Shown here: positions 9,670 through 17,412 of the stretch, piece by piece
Numbering within the stretch: the first letter of the stretch is position 1
Layout of the letters: each line of letters begins with the position of its first letter
Assembly: GCA_965198485.1 (NCBI GenBank)
Contig: CBDAPQ010000005.1
Location: 3,712,129 to 3,776,128, forward strand
Direction of reading: 5' to 3'
DNA: 64,000 nucleotides
DNA from: Beijerinckiaceae bacterium
GTDB lineage: Bacteria > Pseudomonadota > Alphaproteobacteria > Rhizobiales > Beijerinckiaceae
Program-made: the position numbers and the translations under genes
The notes under the pieces: generated by a model
What the model saw: the letters and a program-made list of their open reading frames with translations, nothing else
Told to the model about the DNA's origin: nothing
Database searches by the model: none

Positions 9670-9829
9670 CCATGAAGAAGGCGAACTTGCGAAAAGACAA
9701 AAGAGGATAAGATGTTCCTACGTCGAATACTCGTGGAAACAACGCCGTAGGTCACGCCCGCATTGTCTTTGAAACCCAGGAAATAACCGGGCAAAGCAGT
9801 CCGCTGCTGCAGCTTCGGCTTGCGGGCCG

Positions 9830-10696
9830 ATGGCTGCACCTAGGAAAAGGCCGGACTCCGAAGCCGCGCGGTCGGCTTCCGCAAGCCGCCGGGCGATGCT
9901 AGAGGACGGCGCCTTCCCGCGACCTTCAGGTGAGATGCCCCGATTTTCGGCCACCACCCATCTGCCGAGCCTCAACTTCTTGATGCTCTGCCTGCTCTTC
10001 ACCGGAATGGGGGCGGCGCTTTGGCACGGATGGGTCGCGGGCCAGGCGGCGGTGCTGGTCTTCGTCATCACCGGCTGGATCGTGAGCCTCTGCCTGCACG
10101 AGTTCGGCCACGCCCTCACCGCCTACAAGGCCGGCGACCACTCGATCCCGACGAGCGGCTACCTGACACTGGATCCGTTGAAATACGCCGACCCGTTCCT
10201 GTCGCTCGTTCTGCCCCTGGTCTACATCGTGATCGGCGGCTTCGGCCTGCCGGGCGGCGCGGTCTGGATCAACCACGCCGCCATCCGCAGCGCCTGGTGG
10301 GATTCCGCGGTTTCCGCCGCCGGACCGTTCGCCAACGTGCTGTTCCTCGCCATGCTGGGCGGGCTCTACCAGCTCGTGCCGCACGGCGAGGAGACCTCGG
10401 ACATCGAGGCGGCCCTGGCGGTGCTGGCCTTTTTCCAGGGCACCGCCATCGTCCTCAACCTTTTGCCGATCCCCGGGCTCGACGGGTTCGGCATCATCCG
10501 CCCGTTCCTGCCCGGCCATTACGCCGCGGCCGGCATGGCGATGGCGGCCGGCCTCGGCTTCGTGCTGATCTTCGTGGTGCTGTCGGTCCCCGTCATCGGC
10601 AACTTCATCTTCGAAACCGGCCTCGACGTCACGACGTTCGCCGGCTTCGATCCGCACGACGTCTTCTCCGGCTACAGGTACCTGCGCTTCTTCTGA
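9830..10696 (+). CDS. Site-2 protease family (M50) membrane metalloprotease
   Basis: HEFGHALTAY (HExxH) lies in a TM helix, with several further TM segments and LPIPGLDGF. The start is uncertain: 9830, 9896 or 9935. Confidence 0.75.
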   Translation: MAAPRKRPDSEAARSASASRRAMLEDGAFPRPSGEMPRFSATTHLPSLNFLMLCLLFTGMGAALWHGWVAGQAAVLVFVITGWIVSLCLHEFGHALTAYKAGDHSIPTSGYLTLDPLKYADPFLSLVLPLVYIVIGGFGLPGGAVWINHAAIRSAWWDSAVSAAGPFANVLFLAMLGGLYQLVPHGEETSDIEAALAVLAFFQGTAIVLNLLPIPGLDGFGIIRPFLPGHYAAAGMAMAAGLGFVLIFVVLSVPVIGNFIFETGLDVTTFAGFDPHDVFSGYRYLRFF

Positions 10697-10792
10697 GGTC
10701 TTGCTCTTTCGGGGGCGGGCCGAGGCCGCGTCCGCCGGTCACGCGGCCAACCCGTCCTTCCCTCCATCCCCCGCCCCTGCTACGCCGCCACC

Positions 10793-12595
10793 ATGGCCTC
10801 CGTACCGCTCGACAACATCCGCAACTTCTCCATCGTCGCGCACATCGACCACGGCAAGTCGACGCTCGCCGACCGGCTCATCCAGACCACCGGCACCGTC
10901 GCCCTGCGCGACATGAGCGAGCAGATGCTCGATTCCATGGACATCGAGCGCGAGCGCGGCATCACCATCAAGGCGCAAACGGTGCGGCTGGAGTACACGG
11001 CGCAGGACGGCAAGACCTACATCCTGAACCTGATGGACACGCCCGGCCACGTCGACTTCGGCTACGAGGTCAGCCGCTCGCTCGCCGCCTGCGAGGGCTC
11101 GCTGCTGGTGGTCGACGCCTCCCAGGGCGTGGAAGCCCAGACGCTGGCCAACGTCTACGCCGCCATCGAGGCCGGCCACGAGATCGTGCCGGTGCTGAAC
11201 AAGATCGACCTGCCCGCCGCCGAGCCCGAGCGGGTGAAGCAGCAGATCGAGGACGTCATCGGCATCGACGCCTCCGACGCCGTGTCGATCTCGGCCAAGA
11301 CCGGCATCGGCATCGACCTGGTGCTGGAGGCCATCGTCAAGCGCCTGCCGCCGCCCAAGGGCGACGCCGCCGCCCCGCTCAAGGCGCTGCTCGTCGACAG
11401 CTGGTACGACGCCTACCTCGGCGTCGTCGTGCTGGTGCGGGTGCTCGACGGCAGCCTGCGCAAGGGCCAGCGCGTGCTGATGATGGGCGCCGACGCGCGC
11501 TACGAGGTCGACCGCATCGGCGTCTTCACCCCCAAGATGAAGGACGCGCCCATTCTGGGCCCGGGCGAGATGGGCTTCATCACCGCGCAGATCAAGCAGG
11601 TGGCCGACACCCGCGTCGGCGACACCATCACCGATGCCGGCAGGCCCTGCGACGCCGCGCTGGCCGGCTTCAAGCCGGCACAACCGGTGGTGTTCTGCGG
11701 CCTGTTCCCGGTCGATGCCGCCGATTTCGAGGCCCTGCGCGCCGCCGTCGGCCGACTTCGGCTCAACGACGCCAGCTTCTCCTACGAGATGGAGAGCTCC
11801 GCCGCGCTCGGCTTCGGCTTCCGCTGCGGCTTCTTGGGCCTGCTGCACCTCGAGATCATCCAGGAGCGGCTGGAGCGCGAGTTCAACCTCGACCTCATCG
11901 CCACCGCCCCCAGCGTCGTCTACGAGATGAAGCTGCGCGACGGCACCCAGGTCAGCCTGCACAACCCCGCCGACATGCCCGACCCCACGCAGATCCTGGC
12001 GATCGAGGAGCCGTGGATCCGCGCCACCATCCTCACCCCCGACGAATACCTCGGCAACGTACTCAAGCTCTGCCAGGAGCGCCGCGGCGTGCAGGTGGAC
12101 CTCAACTACGTCGGCAGCCGCGCCATGGCGGTCTACGACCTGCCGCTGAACGAGGTGGTGTTCGACTTCTACGACCGCCTGAAATCGATCTCGAAGGGCT
12201 ACGCCTCGTTCGACTACGCCATCACCGACTACCGCGAGGGCGACCTCGTGCGCATGAACATCCTGGTCAACGCCGAGCCCGTCGACGCCCTCTCCATGCT
12301 GGTCCACCGCGACCGCGCCGAGGGCCGCGGCCGCGCCATGGTGGAGAAGCTGAAGGACCTCATCCCCCAGCACATGTTCGTCATCCCCGTGCAGGCGGCG
12401 ATCGGCGGCAAGATCATCGCTCGCGAGACCGTGCGCGCCATGCGCAAGGACGTCACCGCCAAGTGCTACGGCGGCGACGTCTCACGCAAGCGCAAGCTGT
12501 TGGAGAAGCAGAAGGCCGGCAAGAAGAAGATGCGGCAGTTCGGCAAGGTGGAGATCCCGCAGGAGGCGTTCATCGCGGCGCTGAAGATGGAGTGA
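10793..12595 (+). CDS. lepA: Elongation factor 4 (translational GTPase LepA)
   Basis: [29 protein letters not shown] and NKIDL G-motifs, plus the conserved LepA C-terminus ...[35 protein letters not shown]. Confidence 0.97.
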   Translation: MASVPLDNIRNFSIVAHIDHGKSTLADRLIQTTGTVALRDMSEQMLDSMDIERERGITIKAQTVRLEYTAQDGKTYILNLMDTPGHVDFGYEVSRSLAACEGSLLVVDASQGVEAQTLANVYAAIEAGHEIVPVLNKIDLPAAEPERVKQQIEDVIGIDASDAVSISAKTGIGIDLVLEAIVKRLPPPKGDAAAPLKALLVDSWYDAYLGVVVLVRVLDGSLRKGQRVLMMGADARYEVDRIGVFTPKMKDAPILGPGEMGFITAQIKQVADTRVGDTITDAGRPCDAALAGFKPAQPVVFCGLFPVDAADFEALRAAVGRLRLNDASFSYEMESSAALGFGFRCGFLGLLHLEIIQERLEREFNLDLIATAPSVVYEMKLRDGTQVSLHNPADMPDPTQILAIEEPWIRATILTPDEYLGNVLKLCQERRGVQVDLNYVGSRAMAVYDLPLNEVVFDFYDRLKSISKGYASFDYAITDYREGDLVRMNILVNAEPVDALSMLVHRDRAEGRGRAMVEKLKDLIPQHMFVIPVQAAIGGKIIARETVRAMRKDVTAKCYGGDVSRKRKLLEKQKAGKKKMRQFGKVEIPQEAFIAALKME

Positions 12596-12748
12596 GGGGT
12601 TCGGCATGGCGGTCGGGACGGGTTTCGGCAGAGGCACCGGGCGCTCCTGGTGTCTTGCCGAAGCGTTCATTTAGGTATCTTAACCGGTTTCCAACGACGC
12701 GTCCACCTCCAGCCGCCCTCGGGAACGCGGCCCTGTCGCGTCGCGAGC

Positions 12749-12881
12749 CCTGACATGTGACCCTGCCAAAGTCAGGGTACCGCGACACAAACAGGGGCCG
12801 GTGTCAGCGTACCGCGACATGAAACCCGGCCATCGGCGCGAACCGCGACAAGGGTCGATTCCGAGTGGTCGTTCGGCGACA
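12749..12881 (+). repeat. Array of 4-5 direct repeats with 31-32 bp period (core CGCGACA)
   Basis: Cores are at 12781, 12813 and 12844 (GTACCGCGACA / GAACCGCGACA), with degenerate units at 12749 (CCTGACA) and 12875 (GGCGACA). One inverted core, TGTCGCG, is at 12734-12740. Confidence 0.7.
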
Positions 12882-12920
12882 TGACGAAAGTTTCATGCTT
12901 GGCGGGAGGCGATCGGCGGT

Positions 12921-12960
12921 CGTGGAGGCAGCGTTTATCGCAACGCTGAAGATGCCGAGG
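12921..12960 (+). repeat. Short decayed remnant of the lepA 3' end
   Basis: GTGGAGGCAGCGTTTATCGCAACGCTGAAGATGCCGAGG compared with lepA GTGGAG...GAGGCGTTCATCGCGGCGCTGAAGATGGAGTGAGG. Confidence 0.5.
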
Positions 12961-12980
12961 CGGGCCGGAAATGACAGCCT

Positions 12981-13272
12981 ATGATCCTCATCCGCCAGAC
13001 TGAAGCTTTCGCCGACTGGTTTGCCGGCTTACGCGACGAGCGCGCCGTCGCCCGCGTTTCGGCGCGGCTTCGCCGTATGGCCCTCGGCAATCCCGGCGAT
13101 GTCTTATCTGTCGGCCAGGGCGTCAGCGAAATGAGGATCGACTACGGGCCGGGAATACCGCATCTACTACAAGCAAATCGGCACCGAAATCGTGCTTCTG
13201 CTGTGCGGAGGTGACAAGAGCAGCCAGAAACGCGATATTGCTCGGGCGATCGTCCTGGCTTCGCTGGAATAA
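12981..13272 (+). pseudogene. Addiction-module killer protein (RelE/ParE superfamily, HigB-like), frameshifted
   Basis: The listed ORF stops at 13214. From 13156 the +1 frame reads [38 protein letters not shown], the expected family C-terminus. One extra A lies in GGAATAC at about 13154-13155. Confidence 0.8.
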
Positions 13273-13274
13273 CC

Positions 13275-13577
13275 ATGCCGCTCAAAACCATGCCATGGGA
13301 TGTCGCCGACCATCTCGGGAGCGACAGCGCCATCGCCGCTTATCTGGATGCCTGCCTGGAAGACGGTGACCCGAAGCTCGTGGGTGCGGCGCTCGGCGAT
13401 ATCGCGCGCGCCAAGGGCGTCACCGACCTCGCGGCGCGAACAGGGCTGCCGGTTGCCATCCTCGGACGCGCTTTGTCCGGCGAAGACATTCCCGATTTTG
13501 CGACCATCGTGAAGGTCATTGCCGCATTGGGTTTGCAGCTCGGTGCTCGATTGGCACCTGCGGCGAATGCGGCTTGA
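13275..13577 (+). CDS. Addiction-module antidote protein (HTH, HigA-like)
   Basis: 100 aa, starting 2 nt after the repaired toxin stop. DVADHLGSDSAIAAYLDACLEDGDP...IARAKGVTDLAARTGL is typical of the cognate antidote family. Confidence 0.85.
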   Translation: MPLKTMPWDVADHLGSDSAIAAYLDACLEDGDPKLVGAALGDIARAKGVTDLAARTGLPVAILGRALSGEDIPDFATIVKVIAALGLQLGARLAPAANAA

Positions 13578-13578
13578 G

Positions 13579-13806
13579 TTCATGGTCGTCACCGCCGTGC
13601 AGGCCGCTATCGGCGGCATTATCGCCCGCGAGACGGTGCGCGCCATGCGCAAGGACGTGACAGCAAGTATTGCGGCGTCGACGTACCCGTAAGCGCAAGC
13701 TGCTGGAGAAGCCGAAGACCGGCAAGAAGAAGATGCGGCAGTTCGGCAAGGTGGAGATCCCGCAGGAGGCGTTCATCGCGGCGTTGAAGATGGAGTGAGG
13801 GGTTCG
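13579..13806 (+). repeat. Displaced, decayed copy of the lepA 3' end (about 228 bp, includes stop codon)
   Basis: Collinear with lepA 12373-12603. By my manual alignment the last ~105 bp differ at only about four positions. The upstream part has indels and an in-frame TAA. Confidence 0.9.
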
Positions 13807-13977
13807 TGGTTCGAGATGATGCGTGGTTCGAGAAGCGCCTTCGGCGCTCCTCATCATGAGGGAGTTTGAAGCGCTCCCATGCCCCTCATGGTGGGGAGGT
13901 GCGCAGCGCCGTCTCGAACTACGCACGACCTTGCCGCGCGCGTACCGACCAGATAGCCTCATCTGAGGCAAGTCGAG

Positions 13978-14056
13978 GCGCAAGGACATCACCGCCGAGT
14001 GCTATAGCGGCGACGTCTCCCGCAAACGCAAGCTCTTGGAGAAGTAGAAGGCCGGC
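13978..14056 (+). repeat. Third lepA 3' fragment (internal 79 bp)
   Basis: GCGCAAGGACATCACCGCCGAGTGCTATAGCGGCGACGTCTCCCGCAAACGCAAGCTCTTGGAGAAGTAGAAGGCCGGC aligns to lepA 12442-12520. Similarity ends abruptly at 14056. Confidence 0.8.
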
Positions 14057-14059
14057 TTC

Positions 14060-14584
14060 TTATTTTGCATAGAAAAGGTGTTGCGCAAGAAGAAAGAGGA
14101 CGGAAGCTATAATCGACGCAATAATACCACTGATAAAGCCAAAAAGGCGCTCCTTCCAAACTTGAGCTTGTGTCGGAAATCCGACTACGCGCCGAAACTC
14201 GGCGGTATCTACTTCTGCTACTTTTTTCAAAGTGTCGAGCTGAGTGTCGAGCTGCTGCTTCTGTTTTTCAGCATCAGCAATTCGCGCCAAAGCACGCTCA
14301 AGCTCGACTTTATTTGCGCTCGCCTGCTCTCGCAAATCGTCGACTGCGCGTATAGCATCCTGCAGGTTCTCTCTAGCCGCGTCGATTTTTCGAATGCGAT
14401 CATCAAGACTTATGTCGCTTGGCTCTGCGACGATATCGCGGAGGATCGCTGGCCGGCGGTATTCCGGAATGACGAGACGTAGAAGCTCTTCTATAATGTG
14501 AAAGTAGGCACGAAAAATATCGAAAAGGATACGGGCTACCGCCACAAACAGGCGGTACATATTTTTTCTAGCCTTGCTCGTCAT
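14060..14584 (-). CDS. Hypothetical coiled-coil protein with C-terminal transmembrane anchor
   Basis: 174-aa ORF in AT-rich DNA. Central heptad-like region (RENLQDAIRAVDDLREQASANKVELERALARIADAEKQKQQLDTQLDTLKK) and terminal TM LFGFISGIIASIIASVLFLLAQHLF. It lies 21 nt downstream of the split gene, on the same strand. Confidence 0.6.
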   Translation of the reverse strand: MTSKARKNMYRLFVAVARILFDIFRAYFHIIEELLRLVIPEYRRPAILRDIVAEPSDISLDDRIRKIDAARENLQDAIRAVDDLREQASANKVELERALARIADAEKQKQQLDTQLDTLKKVAEVDTAEFRRVVGFPTQAQVWKERLFGFISGIIASIIASVLFLLAQHLFYAK

Positions 14585-14605
14585 TGTCTAATCTCATATC
14601 AATGC

Positions 14606-14907
14606 TTAAAACGGGATGTCGTCATCGACTTGGCTAGAGGAAGATTGATTCAAATGCCTTATATGTTTATTGTTTATATCATTGCCTAATCCACGCGAAG
14701 GTGCAGGCAGAGCTTTCGGCGGCGGAGTTAAGCGCTTCTGCGCTGCGTCTTCTGTTTCTTTGTCTTGACCAATTAATTGCATGATGTGCGCGATGGCGCT
14801 TTGTCCGTCAGCAGCGATTGTTGTCACGTTTGCAATAGCAGCTATGGCAGCCAGTACAGCCATGGTCTTTGCAAAGCTTAGACGCTGGTCGGACACATCT
14901 CCTGCTA
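14606..14907 (-). pseudogene. 3' portion of the IS-interrupted gene; product ends ...SSSSQVDDDIPF
   Basis: In frame with the 5' portion once the IS is removed (see findings). It contains the hydrophobic segment AVLAAIAAIANVTTIAA, a Pro/Ser-rich linker and an SSB-like tip. Confidence 0.8.
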
Positions 14908-15757
14908 GGCTCAGGACTCATTCTTGTCACAGCCAGAAGATGACGATTGCTGCGATGACGATGGCTGACATGAAGGTGTGGCGCAACGATCGTAGCGGGT
15001 GGCGACGCGGCGCCAGTCCTTGAGGCGGCCGAACATGTTCTCGACCTTGTGGCGGACCCTGTAGATCGCGCGGTCGTAGGCGTGCTGGACCTTGCGGGTC
15101 TTGCGCGGTGGGATGCAGGGCCTGATGCCCTTGTCTTCGAGCGCGGCGCGGTAGCCGTCGCTGTCGTAACCGCGGTCAGCGACGAGGACGTCGGCCGCTG
15201 GCAGCGCGTCGAGCAGGAAGGCGGCGCCGGCGTGGTCGCTCATCTCACCTTCGGAGAGCAGCATGGCGACGGGGCGGCCCTGGCCATCGCAGACCGCGTG
15301 CAGCTTGGAGTTCAGGCCGCCCTTCGTGCGCCCGATACGGCGGGGTAAAGCCCCTTTTTGAAGAGGCTCGCTGCAGTGCGATGCGCCTTGAGATGGGTGG
15401 CATCGATCATCAGAAGATCGGGCTCCCCGGCCCAGCCCGCGAGGGCGGCGAAGATGCGGTCGAACACGCCGAGCCGGCTCCAACGGACGAAGCGATTGTA
15501 GAGCGTCTTGTGCGGACCATAGTCAGGTGGCGCATCGCGCCAGCGCATGCCGGTGCGGATCACGTGCACGATGCCGCTGAGAACACGTCGGTCGTCCACG
15601 CGGGCGATGCCGTGCGACAGCGGAAAGTAAGGTTCGATCCGCGCCATCTGCGCGTCCGAAAGCCAGAACGAATCATCCATGCAGCGCACCTCCCAACCGC
15701 ATGGAATCATCAGCTCGACCTGGCCGAAAGCCTGCCGACGTTAATAGGTCCTGAGCC
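14908..15757 (-). mobile_element. IS5-family insertion sequence (IS427/IS1031-like), about 850 bp
   Basis: Terminal inverted repeats GGCTCAGGAC(T/C)(C/T)ATT... at both ends (10/10 bp, then 16/21). TA is duplicated at 14906-07 and 15758-59 within a reconstructed CTAG target. Two overlapping transposase frames. Confidence 0.9.
14911..15680 (-). CDS. IS5-family DDE transposase (orfA 15312..15680, orfB 14911..15483; putative -1 frameshift)
   Basis: OrfA reads MDDSFWLSDAQMARIEPYFP...RWRDAPPDYGP..TLYNRF.RW and orfB reads ...LHAVCDGQGRP...DRGYDSD.....L...GI.PCIPPRK...YD...Y..RH.VENMFGRLKDWRR.ATRYDR. The frames overlap at the run CAAAAAGG (A-run 15355-15359). Confidence 0.85.
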
Positions 15758-16255
15758 TAGCTGGTCAAGCCTTTGAAAAATTCGCTCCTTCCGCTCGGCA
15801 TCTATATCGGAATTAATTACAAGCTCACGTATCCTCAAAATATAATGATCGATCTTGGTCCGCGTGCTGCCCGCAAGCAACACCGAATAGGGGTGCCGCT
15901 CGCCGCGCTGCCGAATACGGATTCGTGCGACTTCTCCTTGTACAGCCAAACTAAACCGGGAGAAAAAGCTATAAACGTCCTTGTCATCCGGATCATAATA
16001 AACGTTCGCAATACGGCACTCTTGAGCCACAGCTGCTACAGCAGCCATGTATTGATCACGAACGGCCTGATCGAACTCTGAGGTGGTATTCTCGTCGATC
16101 ATCCGAGTCATGTTGCGCCGGCAAATGTTTTCAAACTCAACAAAACAACGCTCATCATCCTCGGGAAGAGAATTATATTCGTCTTCAGAGATTAGCTCGT
16201 AGGCCATAATTAATTCGTCCGGTTGTCTGCATAAACCAGATTCGAGTGAGTTCAC
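15758..16255 (-). pseudogene. 5' portion of the IS-interrupted gene (acidic N-terminal region, unknown function)
   Basis: The last 16 codons of listed ORF 15710..16255 (GSGPINVGRLSARSS*) are read from IS sequence. The native frame continues at 14905. The likely start is ATG 16207 (MAYELISEDEY) or GTG 16255. Confidence 0.8.
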
Positions 16256-16295
16256 GAAGGGAGATGCGGTGTTTTAGCTGATCAGGCGGATTGCC

Positions 16296-16523
16296 TCAGC
16301 AAGGGTCCTTCCGAAAATGATCCGGGTTGGCATGATCGTGGAGATGGCGGACGCGGGCGACGTGGACGGGGCGGTAGCCTTCGGCGCAGGCCTTGTCCTT
16401 GGCCTCGTGCTGCGTCTTGAACGAGCCGTGCTTTTCCTCGCCGCCGGTCACGATGACGTAGTGCGAGACCGTGGCCTCCTTGTCCGTGCTCTTCGGCCTG
16501 TGCTCGATGTAGGCGGCTGCCAT
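16296..16523 (-). CDS. Small hypothetical protein (75 aa)
   Basis: ATG 16523 is preceded by GGGAG at a suitable distance. Product: MAAAYIEHRPKSTDKEATVSHYVIVTGGEEKHGSFKTQHEAKDKA... Confidence 0.5.
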   Translation of the reverse strand: MAAAYIEHRPKSTDKEATVSHYVIVTGGEEKHGSFKTQHEAKDKACAEGYRPVHVARVRHLHDHANPDHFRKDPC

Positions 16524-16673
16524 GGCGTGCTCCCGTAGGTTGCGGACAAGCGTAGGGGCACTCGTGACGCCGGACAAGACGCCGGCAACCGGCGTGCACA
16601 GCCTTGAAGCCTACATCCGAATGCATCGGCGCGGTCCGCGCGGGTCTGTCCCTGGAAGGCACGGCTGGCAGGG

Positions 16674-16766
16674 GAACCCATCCGGATTTTCTTGTCGATG
16701 ACGGCGCCAGAGGCGCCGCCGCCTGCCGCGGTCGCAGATCATTGACAAGAAAATCCGGATGGGTTC
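16674..16766. repeat. Perfect 23-bp inverted repeat separated by 47 bp
   Basis: GAACCCATCCGGATTTTCTTGTC (16674-16696) and its exact reverse complement (16744-16766). Confidence 0.9.
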
Positions 16767-17151
16767 GGGTCGGCCGTTCCATCCAGGGTCAGGTGTGCCG
16801 CGGCGCGGCCGGCGCTCGCGCGCTCTCGGCGGAGGAGGCTTGCACCGTACGGCTGGAACAAGCCGCCTCCCCGGTCATTCTACCCAAGCTGTTTGAATCC
16901 GGTCACGGCGCACGTCGCCTTATGACGCAAAACGGGTGTTTATGATCGCGAGGTGTACCCTTGGACCTGGGACGTCGCCGTACGGCTCCACGCCCCGACG
17001 ATGCCGTACCCTGTCTCCGATTGGCCGCGCCCGCGACGCATCGCGACGCAAAATGCGGATGTGTGATCGCAAGGGGGTGTGTCCCGGGCCGTGTCGGACG
17101 CTGCGCGCTTCCGCCCCTTGAACCGCAGCCGGCTCCGGCGATTAGGCCGGC

Positions 17152-17412
17152 ATGTCGAACAACCAGCACGAACCCATGCCCACGGACGAACTCACCTCGA
17201 AGGTCGTCGATGCGCGGCGGCGCGAGATGGTGGTGGAGCACATCGTGTTCGGCACCGTCCGCTTCCTGGCGGAGCGTCACCCGGAACTGCTCGACCAGCT
17301 CGACGGCAGCCTCGACCACCTCTGGGACCACGAGCACGGCGAGGCGCGCGACGACCATGCGGTGCGCACCATCGCGCGGCGCATGCTCAAGAGCTTGCGC
17401 GCGGAATCGTAG
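17152..17412 (+). CDS. Hypothetical acidic protein (86 aa)
   Basis: Supported only by ORF composition. No recognisable motif. Confidence 0.35.
   Translation: MSNNQHEPMPTDELTSKVVDARRREMVVEHIVFGTVRFLAERHPELLDQLDGSLDHLWDHEHGEARDDHAVRTIARRMLKSLRAES

Noticed and set aside
10021-12753. 910-aa plus-strand ORF and 544-aa minus-strand ORF (10739..12373) overlapping lepA.
   Set aside because: These are an alternate frame and the antisense strand of lepA. Their low-complexity Arg/Pro/Gly composition shows no motifs.
14606-14896. The DDDIPF-ending ORF considered as a truncated ssb gene.
   Set aside because: There is no OB-fold sequence. The frame is continuous with the non-SSB ORF on the other side of the IS, so it is the C-terminus of a different protein.
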